DNA of 64,000 nucleotides, from contig JAHJIY010000086.1 of the NCBI GenBank assembly GCA_018823175.1, positions 9,625-73,624 on the forward strand, read 5' to 3'. This document shows, piece by piece, positions 56,030-64,000 of this stretch. Within the stretch, counting starts at the first letter, position 1, and each line of letters begins with the position of its first letter. The translations under genes were made by a program, and so were the position numbers. Origin of the DNA: Pseudomonadota bacterium (GTDB lineage Bacteria > Desulfobacterota > Desulfobulbia > Desulfobulbales > JAHJIY01). Under the pieces are notes generated by a model, which saw only the letters and a list, made by a program, of their open reading frames with translations, was not told where the DNA came from and ran no database searches.

Positions 56030-56785
56030 ATGATGTTTAATCTGGAAGGAAAAGTTGCGCTGGTGACCGGTAGTTCCCGAGGAATTGGCAAGGCCATTGT
56101 CCTGAGGTTGGCGGAAAATGGTGTGAATATAGTGGTGAATTATATCAGACATCGGCGGGATGCCGAAGATACCGCGGCCTTGATTGAGGCAAAGGGTGCT
56201 AAATGTCTGGTGGTTAAGGCCAATGTCGCTAATGATGATGATGTGGTCGCCATGTTTGATCTGATTAAAAAAGAATATGGCCGCCTTGATTTTCTGGTAA
56301 GTAATGCGGCGTCCGGGGTTTTGAAACCGGCGCTTGAGTTAAATGCGCGTCATTGGAATTGGGCGATGGATATTAACGCCCGATCATTATTGACTCTGGC
56401 CCAGCAGGCAGTGCCCCTCATGGAGGCAGGTGGACGGATTATCGCGGTTTCCAGTCTAGGCGCAATCCGGGCGGTGGAAAATTATACAGCGGTTGGCGCC
56501 TCGAAGGCCGCTTTGGAATCCCTGGTTCGCCATTTGGCCGTGGAGTTGGGGCCGATGGGGATACTGGTTAATACCATCAGCGCCGGCGCGGTTGATACCG
56601 AGGCCTTGAAAAAATTTCCAAACCGCACGGAGATTCTTGAAGGAGCCCTGGTGCGGACTCCGATCGGTCGGTTGACGACTCCGGAAGATGTGGCCGATCT
56701 GGCTTTATTCTTGTGCAGCGATCTTGCCTCCATGATCCACGGTCAGACCGTGGTGGTTGATGGCGGTTACTCGATCCGGGCCTGA
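56030..56785 (+). CDS. fabL: Enoyl-[acyl-carrier-protein] reductase FabL-type (SDR family)
   Basis: GKVALVTGSSRGIGKA, NAASGVL and SSLGAIRAVENYTAVGASKAALESLVRHLAVEL closely parallel B. subtilis FabL as I recall it. GGGAG SD before ATG 56030/56033. Confidence 0.75.
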   Translation: MMFNLEGKVALVTGSSRGIGKAIVLRLAENGVNIVVNYIRHRRDAEDTAALIEAKGAKCLVVKANVANDDDVVAMFDLIKKEYGRLDFLVSNAASGVLKPALELNARHWNWAMDINARSLLTLAQQAVPLMEAGGRIIAVSSLGAIRAVENYTAVGASKAALESLVRHLAVELGPMGILVNTISAGAVDTEALKKFPNRTEILEGALVRTPIGRLTTPEDVADLALFLCSDLASMIHGQTVVVDGGYSIRA

Positions 56786-56796
56786 GTTGAGCTTTA

Positions 56797-57390
56797 ATGT
56801 TTAAAACATTACAGCCTTTGATTCTGGCCTCTTCTTCACCTCGGCGGCAGGAATTCCTTGTAAATCTTGGCCTTGATTTTGAGATAAAGACGGCCGAGGT
56901 TGAGGAGAACCTGCGTCCCGACGAATCAGCGCAGGATTTTGTTCAACGTCTTGCGTTGGACAAGGCCTGGGCAATATCGATCAACCATCAGGACTCGTGG
57001 GTTTTGGGCGCCGATACCGTCGTGGTCAAGGATGACCATATCATGGGAAAGCCGGTTGATGAGGTTGAGGCACGCTTGATGTTGAGAGGTCTGTCCGGCC
57101 GTAGTCATGAGGTCTGGACCGGTTTTGCCGTTTGCCGGGCAAGTGATGCCTATAAAGTTGTCGATTCGGTTAAGACCATCGTCAAGTTCGCATCTTTTTT
57201 TCCGGAGCAGCTTCTTGATGCCTATGTCCGGACCGGCGAGCCGCTGGACAAGGCTGGCGCTTACGGCATCCAGGGCCTGGGCGGTTTGCTGGTGGAAAGC
57301 ATTGACGGTTCCTATAGTAACGTGGTCGGCCTGCCGGTTGCAGAAGTTATTCGCGAGTTTCTTCGACTGGGCATTGTTGTTCCCGCCTGA
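56797..57390 (+). CDS. maf: Maf-like nucleoside triphosphate pyrophosphatase
   Basis: 197 aa. LILASSSPRR, GADTVV and KAGAYGIQG motifs. Confidence 0.9.
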   Translation: MFKTLQPLILASSSPRRQEFLVNLGLDFEIKTAEVEENLRPDESAQDFVQRLALDKAWAISINHQDSWVLGADTVVVKDDHIMGKPVDEVEARLMLRGLSGRSHEVWTGFAVCRASDAYKVVDSVKTIVKFASFFPEQLLDAYVRTGEPLDKAGAYGIQGLGGLLVESIDGSYSNVVGLPVAEVIREFLRLGIVVPA

Positions 57391-57563
57391 TCTAATCTGT
57401 TCTGGTTTGTTTTAAAGAACTTATCCCTTTTATATTCGCATAGTTAAAAAAATTCCGGTCAAACTTTGCTGGTTGCGTCAAAAAGACAAGATTAGCTACC
57501 CGCCATAACATAATTATTGATTTGCCTGATCCCTTCTCCCTGATTTAAAGGCGTCTAAATGGA

Positions 57564-57594
57564 TTGACAATTTTTTATCTTTTTAAACTATAAT
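57564..57594 (+). promoter_or_regulatory. Putative sigma70 promoter (TTGACA-19-TATAAT)
   Basis: Perfect hexamers TTGACA (57564-69) and TATAAT (57589-94), but with a long 19-nt spacer. About 135 nt upstream of the EAL-HDOD start. Confidence 0.3.
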
Positions 57595-57730
57595 TATTTG
57601 TGTCGCTGAGTATATAATAATATCGAAATAGTATCTTTTCTCTGCTCGGTAAGCGTATTTGGTTGAAAAGGCGAGGAACCTCTTGTTTTTTGAGTGCGGT
57701 ACGAGCTTAAGTTTTCAATTGAGAATATTT

Positions 57731-58981
57731 ATGTTTCAAGAGCAACTGGCTAATAAGGATAATGGTAATATTTTTATTGCCCGGCAGCCTATTTTTCGAA
57801 AAAATAAAAGGGTGTTCGGATATGAACTTCTGTTCAGGTCCAGTCTTGACAATTTCTTTGACCCGGCTGAGGATGGGGTAAAGGCCTCGTCCAACGTTAT
57901 TGTCGATAGCTTTCTGTTAATCGGCATCAATAATATTACCCAAGGTAAAAAGGCTTTTATCAATTTTACCCAGGAAATGCTTCGCCTCGAATATCCGATT
58001 CTTTTCCCCAGGCGGCAGACCGTTATTGAAATCTTGGAGGATGTTGAGATCACCGATGAGTTGATCTCTGCCTGCCGTTATCTTTCCAATGAAGGGTATG
58101 TCCTGGCCCTTGATGATTTTCAATATGAACCACGTTTTGATCCGTTGTTGCCGCTGGTTGATATTATTAAATTTGACATACAATTAATGAGTCTTGGTGA
58201 ATTAGAACGGCAGGTCGAGATCGTCTCGCAATATAATGTGAAACTTCTGGCGGAAAAAATCCAGAATGATGATGAGTTTGAAACTACCAAAGACATGGGT
58301 TTTGATTATTTCCAGGGCTACTTTTTCCGTCGACCAAACATTATCGTCGGTAAAGATATCCCTGGTTCCAAAATGCAGTATCTGCAGATCTTGAAGGAGA
58401 TTAAGGATGATAATTACAGTTTTGTTAAATTGGCCAAGCTTATCGCCGATGATGTTTCGCTGTCCTATAAACTTTTAAAGTATGTAAATTCCGCTTTTTT
58501 TAGAAGGAGGCAGGAAATTCATTCCTTGCAGAGCGCCGTGGCCATGGTCGGCGAGGATAGTTTGCGTAAGTGGTTGTCTTTTATGATGATTTCTTATCTG
58601 GCGGAGGACAAGCCCGATGAGCTGGTCAGATTGGCGATATTGCGGGCTAATTTTTGTGAACAACTTGGTGAAATGATGCCGGGGCCGGGCAAAGCTGACA
58701 AATTTCATACGGTAGGGATGTTTTCAATGCTTGAAGCCTTGCTGGATAAACCGATGCCGGTAATCCTCCAGGGACTAAATCTGTCTGATGATATTAATAA
58801 CGCCTTGCTGGGCCGTAAAAAAGGGAGATTGTATGGCGCTCTTTATCTGGCGCAGGCCTATGAACGGGGGGCCTGGGAGGCGGTGGCAAAACTTTCCCGC
58901 AAACTCGGGGTGGACCAGGAAACCCTGCCGGTAATATATGAGAAGTCCCTTGAAGTGGTAAGGATGTATGATTTTCTTTAA
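57731..58981 (+). CDS. EAL-like (YuxH-type) plus HDOD domain signalling protein
   Basis: IFIARQPIF...VFGYELLFRS EAL-type start and ALDDF...KFD...LAEKI..., followed by an HDOD-like C-terminal half. ATG 57731 is preferred over the TTG at 57659. Confidence 0.8.
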   Translation: MFQEQLANKDNGNIFIARQPIFRKNKRVFGYELLFRSSLDNFFDPAEDGVKASSNVIVDSFLLIGINNITQGKKAFINFTQEMLRLEYPILFPRRQTVIEILEDVEITDELISACRYLSNEGYVLALDDFQYEPRFDPLLPLVDIIKFDIQLMSLGELERQVEIVSQYNVKLLAEKIQNDDEFETTKDMGFDYFQGYFFRRPNIIVGKDIPGSKMQYLQILKEIKDDNYSFVKLAKLIADDVSLSYKLLKYVNSAFFRRRQEIHSLQSAVAMVGEDSLRKWLSFMMISYLAEDKPDELVRLAILRANFCEQLGEMMPGPGKADKFHTVGMFSMLEALLDKPMPVILQGLNLSDDINNALLGRKKGRLYGALYLAQAYERGAWEAVAKLSRKLGVDQETLPVIYEKSLEVVRMYDFL

Positions 58982-59012
58982 CCGTTAACCGTTAACCGTT
59001 AACCGTTAACCG
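58978..59012. repeat. Perfect heptanucleotide tandem repeat (TTAACCG)x5
   Basis: Five exact copies. The first contains the TAA stop of the EAL-HDOD gene, and the last abuts the TAG stop (59013-15, minus strand) of the oxoprolinase gene. Confidence 0.95.
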
Positions 59013-62000
59013 CTAATTCCCTTTTTTGCTATAGCCGCCGCCTCCTGGAGTCATTATGCGGAGCCGATCACCAGGTTGGGCCACTATTTCATTTTTGCCG
59101 CCGATATCTACCGGTTCCTGGTTTTTCCGGATAAAGATGTTTTGCCCTTTAGCGCCTGGTTTTCCTCCCTTCAGCCCATATGGGTTATTGATCCGGCGTT
59201 CGGAAAGAATGGCGGCCTGCATGGGGGTGGTAAACTCAATCTCTCTGATCAGCCCCTCTCCCCCGTTAAATTGACCTTGCCCGCCTGAATTTGGGCGGAG
59301 AGAGAATTCCTTCAGGATTACCGGGTAGCGTTTTTCCAGGACCTCAGGGTCGGTGATCCGGGTATTGGTCATGTGGGTATGAACGCCGGATTGCCCATGC
59401 CATCCCGGTCCGGCGCCCGCCCCTCCACCTATCGTTTCGTAGTAGCCGAAAGAGGCGTTGCCGAAAGTCAGGTTGTTCATGCAGCCCTGGGAAGCAGCCG
59501 CTGCCTTAAAGGCTTTCAGGATAACATCGACGATCCGCTGGGAGGTTAAAACATTACCGCCGACCACGGCGGCTTTCTCGGAAGGGGCCAGCAGAGAACC
59601 TGCCGGAATTATTATTCTGATCGGCCTTAAGCAACCCTGATTCAGGGGGATCTCCTCTTTGATCAGACATCGCAGAACATAAATAATGGCGGAGTGGCTG
59701 ACGGCCTTCGGAGCATTGCAGTTACCCGTGAGTTCCGGAGCCGTACCGGAAAAATCAAAAATAGCGCCCCCGGTCTCCGGGGCGATCGTGATTTTCAACT
59801 TGATCGGACTCCCGTCGTCCAGGTAGTCGACTGCTTGCAAGGTGGTTTGACCTGTGTCGGCGGCCAGTTTTTTAAGCATCTGGCGGACCGCGTGCTCGGC
59901 ATTGCTCTGGACATGTTCCATATATTTTTGCACGGTATTAAGGGAATAGCGAGCCACTATTTCGGTCAACAGGGTAATCCCCCGGCGGTTGGCGGCGACC
60001 TGGGCCTTAAGGTCTGAAATGTTATCGGTAAGGGTGCGGGTGCCGATTATGTTCGGGCCGGGATCGGTGAGTAGGGTGATGATCCCTTCTTCCTGAAAAA
60101 TATGGTTTACTACCAGTTTGAAGCTTTTGATGCAGATTCCTTCATCGGCAAGTTTATGGGAAAAAGGTGGCATGGAGCCGGGTGATATTCCTCCCACATC
60201 GGCATGATGCCCACGGTTTGCCACAAAAAAAACAGGTTCGCCATTCTTGATAATCGGGGAAATTACTGTCAGGTCCGGCAGATGACTGCCGCCGGTCAAG
60301 GGATGGTTGGTAAGCAGGACATCTCCTTCTTTGAGTGATGTTCCATGTATTTTGATCTGCTGGCGTACCGCTTCGCTCATGGCTCCGAGATGGACCGGTT
60401 GATGCGGTGCGTTGGCTACCAGAGCGCCGGTGTGGTCAAAAAGCGCGCAGGAAAAATCATGCCTCTCCTTGATGTTGGTCGAAATGGCGGTGCGCTGTAA
60501 TGTGCGTCCCATCTGTTCGGCAATGGACATGAACAGGTTGCTGAAGATGGCCAGTTGCACCGGATCTATTCTCGACGATATTTCTTTCTTCCGTTGGTTT
60601 GCGAGGGTGATTCGGATATCACCGTTTTCGGTGATTAAGGCGGTGCACTCAGGTTCCAGCACGATTGTTGAGGTATCATGAATGATGATGGCTGGGCCGG
60701 TTAATATTTCCTCTGCGCCGAGTTCTGCTAGTTTAAATACCGGGGTGTCCTCAAATCCGTTTGCAAAATAGCAGGAGGTGAAGGCCACAGGATTTGTTGC
60801 TGTTTTCTTATGGTCGATTACCACCTTTGCCAGGTGGGGGGAAAGACCTTTGGCCTGCACCCGGACATTATCAACGATGATCGGTCGATTTTCCAGATCA
60901 AAGCCGAATTCGCGAAGATAGTGGTTGCGAAAAGAAGTTTCGTAGTCCTGGTCGTTTAATTTTTGGATCATCAGGGACGTGTCGGTGCCCTGATAGCGTA
61001 AGTTAAGAAAGAAAGTTGTTTCTATCTGCTCATCAGCAAAACCCTGGTCGGTTAATTTCTGCTTGGTCGAAGTTGCAAGTCTTGCCAGTCTGGTGTTCAG
61101 GTCGCTAAGATTATCTTGAGTATAAATTAATGCGGCTGGTTCCTGTTGATCTTCTATGACATCGGCCATGCCCAGACCATAAGCGGAAAGAATTCCGGCA
61201 AAACGGTGGATGAATATTTCTGTAATTTCTAAATTACGGGCAATGGCGCAGGCATGCTGACCACCGGCCCCGCCAAAACAGGCTAGGACGTGCTCTTTAA
61301 TATCGTAGCCCCGGGCGGTTGAAATCTCGCGCATTGGCCGGGCCATGGTTTCATTGGCTACTTGAATAAAACCGTAGGCCACTTGCTCAAGGGTCATGGC
61401 CGGTATATTTTGTGTGTTGCGATATTGGTTTATCTCATCACGCATTCGACAAAAGGCTTTGCGGCTGGCTTTCAGATCCAGAGCATCTTTGCCGCCAGGG
61501 CCGAAAATTTTCGGGAAAAAGTCGGGTAGTAGACGGCCGAGCACCAGATTGGCATCGGTGATCGTTAACTGCCCGTCTTTCCGGTAACAAACCGGACCGG
61601 GATGAGAACCGGCTGATTCCGGTCCAACCTCGAACATGTTGTGCCGGAAAAAAAGGCGGGACCCGCCGCCGGCGGCGACGGTAATAATATCGAGTTGCGG
61701 GGCCTGAATTCTGGTGCCGGCTGTTTCTGTTTCATGGACCAGGGCAAATTGGCCATCATACCGGGAGACATCGGTTGAGGTGCCGCCCATGTCAAAGCCG
61801 ATGACCGGTTGGGGTTTTAATTTATTGATGGTCGTGGCGGCATAGCCGATTACGCCACCTGCCGGACCGGACAAGATGGCCTTGCTGCCCGAAAAATTAT
61901 CTGCTGGAGTCAGGCCGCCATCGGAACGCATAAATTGCAGATTTACATGCTGCAGCAGATCTGAAAATCCGTTCCGGAAATTTTCAATGTATTGATGAAT

Positions 62001-62735
62001 GTGAGGCGTGAGATAGGCATCAACCACGGTGGTATCTCCACGGCTGACGATTTTAATCATCGGCATGATCTCTGAAGAGATCGAAACCTGTCTGAATCCT
62101 AATTGGCGGGCGATCAGGCCGATTTGTCTTTCGTGGTCCGGAAAGATGTATGCGTGCATGCAGACCACGGCAATGCTTTCGATTCCTTCTTTTTTGAGGC
62201 GAAGCAGATCCTTTTTTATTTGGTCAAGGTTGGGGCGGTGGATGATCTTGAGATATTCGTCGCTCAAACCCCGGACGATTTCGTCTGTTTCGTTGGGCTG
62301 TTCGTCTTTGAGCAGAACTACTCTCTCGTTGATCTCCACAACTTTTTCGTATAGTAATTCCGGTTTTTTGATTTCCAGGTCAAAGATGCGGGGCCGGTTC
62401 TGGTTGCCGATCTGTAAAAGATCACGGAACCCCTTGGTGATCAGCAGGCCGCAACGGGAACCCTGCCGCTCCAGGAGGGCATTGGTCGCCACGGTTGTCC
62501 CCATTCGGATGTACTCGATCTGGTCGGCATTGATCGCATCGGGTGGAATCGTTTTACCACCAACTTCTTCCAGGATGCGGCGGATACCTTCCCGTGGAGC
62601 GTCTGGATAATTTTGAGGGTCTTCGGAGAGTAGTTTCAGGACACGGAAGCCCGGATTGCCCGGAACTTCCGCGTAAATGTCAGTAAAGGTCCCGCCCCGG
62701 TCGATGGCGAAGCGAAATTTGTCATGAACCGGCAT
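59013..62735 (-). CDS. Fused hydantoinase A/B family 5-oxoprolinase (ATP-hydrolysing)-like protein
   Basis: 1240 aa. The N-terminal half is HyuA-like ([21 protein letters not shown]) and the C-terminal half HyuB-like (HPGPVCYR..., [12 protein letters not shown]). Confidence 0.85.
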   Translation of the reverse strand: MPVHDKFRFAIDRGGTFTDIYAEVPGNPGFRVLKLLSEDPQNYPDAPREGIRRILEEVGGKTIPPDAINADQIEYIRMGTTVATNALLERQGSRCGLLITKGFRDLLQIGNQNRPRIFDLEIKKPELLYEKVVEINERVVLLKDEQPNETDEIVRGLSDEYLKIIHRPNLDQIKKDLLRLKKEGIESIAVVCMHAYIFPDHERQIGLIARQLGFRQVSISSEIMPMIKIVSRGDTTVVDAYLTPHIHQYIENFRNGFSDLLQHVNLQFMRSDGGLTPADNFSGSKAILSGPAGGVIGYAATTINKLKPQPVIGFDMGGTSTDVSRYDGQFALVHETETAGTRIQAPQLDIITVAAGGGSRLFFRHNMFEVGPESAGSHPGPVCYRKDGQLTITDANLVLGRLLPDFFPKIFGPGGKDALDLKASRKAFCRMRDEINQYRNTQNIPAMTLEQVAYGFIQVANETMARPMREISTARGYDIKEHVLACFGGAGGQHACAIARNLEITEIFIHRFAGILSAYGLGMADVIEDQQEPAALIYTQDNLSDLNTRLARLATSTKQKLTDQGFADEQIETTFFLNLRYQGTDTSLMIQKLNDQDYETSFRNHYLREFGFDLENRPIIVDNVRVQAKGLSPHLAKVVIDHKKTATNPVAFTSCYFANGFEDTPVFKLAELGAEEILTGPAIIIHDTSTIVLEPECTALITENGDIRITLANQRKKEISSRIDPVQLAIFSNLFMSIAEQMGRTLQRTAISTNIKERHDFSCALFDHTGALVANAPHQPVHLGAMSEAVRQQIKIHGTSLKEGDVLLTNHPLTGGSHLPDLTVISPIIKNGEPVFFVANRGHHADVGGISPGSMPPFSHKLADEGICIKSFKLVVNHIFQEEGIITLLTDPGPNIIGTRTLTDNISDLKAQVAANRRGITLLTEIVARYSLNTVQKYMEHVQSNAEHAVRQMLKKLAADTGQTTLQAVDYLDDGSPIKLKITIAPETGGAIFDFSGTAPELTGNCNAPKAVSHSAIIYVLRCLIKEEIPLNQGCLRPIRIIIPAGSLLAPSEKAAVVGGNVLTSQRIVDVILKAFKAAAASQGCMNNLTFGNASFGYYETIGGGAGAGPGWHGQSGVHTHMTNTRITDPEVLEKRYPVILKEFSLRPNSGGQGQFNGGEGLIREIEFTTPMQAAILSERRINNPYGLKGGKPGAKGQNIFIRKNQEPVDIGGKNEIVAQPGDRLRIMTPGGGGYSKKGN

Positions 62736-64000
62736 GGGTCATTTTGGAAAAATCACCGATCTTGAGAAATAGTTTGGAGATTGCGGTGAGCAGGGCCAGG
62801 CGATTGTTCTTTACCTTATCGTCTTCGGCCATAACCATGACATCATCAAAGAAATTGTCCACCGGTTCTTTCATCTGGAGGATGACCGCCATTGCCGACA
62901 AATAGTTTCGGTTGGCCAGAAGGGGGGTGGTGTCTTTTTCTGCTTGTTGCAGAGCGGCAAACAGTCTTTTCTCGGCCCCTTCGGTAAGGAGTTCTTCCGC
63001 TACTTTGGTGTCCTGGTGTTCTTTGATAATGTTTCTAACCCGTTTGAAAGAGCCGGCCAGAATAGGAAAGGCCGGTTCCTTGCTGATGGTGGTAAGGGCG
63101 CTTATCTTCAGATTGCATTCAGCCACATCATCAAAGCCGGTCGAGGTGACCGCTTCGACGGTTTCAATCGGGATGCCGCCGGCGATTCGATCATTAACAT
63201 AGCGGCCTTTGATGAATTCCATGATGTTTTGTTTGGCGGTTGCGACATCTTCGGTGATTTTGTCCTGGTAAAGATTAAGCGCTTCGTCGGTCATGGCCGA
63301 TAGTGAAAGATTAAATCCTTTGTCTGAAATGGTATACAACAGGCCAAGGGTCAGCCTCCGCAAACCATAGGGATCGGTAGTGCCGGTGGGGAGTTTGCCG
63401 ATGCCGAAACATCCGGCAATAGTATCAATCCGGTCGGCCAGACTTACCAGGGCGCCGGTAACAGATACTGGCAGTTCGCCGCCCGCCCTGATCGGCAGAT
63501 AGTGTTCGGTGATGGCAGCCGCTACCTCGGGATTTTCACCTTCCTGTAAGGCGTAGACCCGGCCCATCACACCTTGCAGAGAAGGGAATTCGTTGACCAT
63601 TGCGGTCAACAGGTCAGCTTTTGCCAGGCGGGCGGCTTTTTGGCAATTTACGGTCAGTTCGGGGGCCAGTTTGTTTGCCAGGGTGCCGGCAAGTTTTTCG
63701 ATCCTTTCGGTCTTCTCAAGCATGGTGCCAAGTCCGGACTGGAAAATTACGCCGGAAAGATCATCGATTCGATCAACCATTTTTTTGTTTTTGTCTTCAT
63801 GGAAGAAGAACAGGGCGTCTTCAAGCCTGGCCCTTAACACGCGTTGGTGTCCAGCCTTTGCCACGATAGGGTCTTTTGTTTCGGTATTGTTGACTGCTAC
63901 AAAATAAGGAAGCAGGTCTCCCTTGTCGTTAACAACCGCAAAGTATTTCTGGTGTTCACGCATGGAGGTGATCAGCGCCTCGCGGGGCAGTTCCAGAAAT
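62722..64000 (-). CDS. glyS: Glycine--tRNA ligase beta subunit (3' part; gene continues beyond the window)
   Basis: The frame stays open to the window edge (…FLELPREALITSMREHQKYFAV…), with a C-terminal anticodon-binding DALR-like region. Its stop overlaps the oxoprolinase start by 14 nt. Confidence 0.9.
   Translation of the reverse strand, partial: FLELPREALITSMREHQKYFAVVNDKGDLLPYFVAVNNTETKDPIVAKAGHQRVLRARLEDALFFFHEDKNKKMVDRIDDLSGVIFQSGLGTMLEKTERIEKLAGTLANKLAPELTVNCQKAARLAKADLLTAMVNEFPSLQGVMGRVYALQEGENPEVAAAITEHYLPIRAGGELPVSVTGALVSLADRIDTIAGCFGIGKLPTGTTDPYGLRRLTLGLLYTISDKGFNLSLSAMTDEALNLYQDKITEDVATAKQNIMEFIKGRYVNDRIAGGIPIETVEAVTSTGFDDVAECNLKISALTTISKEPAFPILAGSFKRVRNIIKEHQDTKVAEELLTEGAEKRLFAALQQAEKDTTPLLANRNYLSAMAVILQMKEPVDNFFDDVMVMAEDDKVKNNRLALLTAISKLFLKIGDFSKMTHAGS

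Noticed and set aside
1-64000. Window-wide search by eye for CRISPR arrays, rRNA, IS/transposase, integrase, phage genes, and restriction-modification or other defence modules.
   Set aside because: None were found. The only repeats are the 24-nt x2 direct repeat, the heptamer x5 array and the 21-bp inverted repeat reported above.

Overview
This is a chromosomal window from what looks like a Desulfuromonadales/Geobacter-like deltaproteobacterium; that placement is inferred from gene content and synteny only. No rRNA, CRISPR array, transposase, integrase or recognisable defence gene was seen.

- **0.2-22.7 kb, housekeeping:** a SAM methyltransferase, recO, rodZ, a surA-like PPIase, mfd, bamA, lolD/lolC, lysS, a MetE-like protein, tRNA-Leu, tig-clpP-clpX-lon, and tRNA-Val plus tRNA-Asp.
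- **23-25 kb:** a spermidine-synthase-like methyltransferase, a small MshEN-like protein and hsp20.
- **25.2-37.0 kb:** a complete type II secretion system in the non-canonical order gspC-D-E-F-I-J-K-L-M-N-G-H.
- **37.3-44.9 kb, same strand:** a 10-haem MtrC/OmcA-like surface lipoprotein cytochrome, an SGNH-TPR-MORN fusion protein, and a compact three-gene module. The module encodes a predicted outer-membrane beta-barrel, a 5-haem cytochrome and an 8-haem lipoprotein cytochrome (7 CXXCH plus one CX9CH). I read the T2SS and these genes together as a candidate extracellular-electron-transfer island containing a minimal porin-cytochrome conduit.
- **45.3-52.1 kb:** mgtC, an acidic secreted protein, and a tightly packed minus-strand operon encoding a divergent pyruvoyl AdoMetDC-like enzyme, a FemAB/CelD-type GNAT, an ATP-grasp ligase and a PLP decarboxylase. 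The operon sits behind a good sigma54 promoter with a 24-nt direct repeat upstream. A divergent sigma54 enhancer-binding protein with a degenerate receiver domain lies next to it. This is an orphan small-molecule (amine/amide) pathway candidate.
- **52.4-64 kb:** aconitase, a second sigma54 promoter driving a ~70-nt C-rich transcript that ends in a terminator (sRNA or attenuator candidate), DUF362, fabL, maf, an EAL-HDOD protein, a perfect (TTAACCG)x5 repeat between convergent stop codons, a fused 5-oxoprolinase, and the 3' part of glyS.
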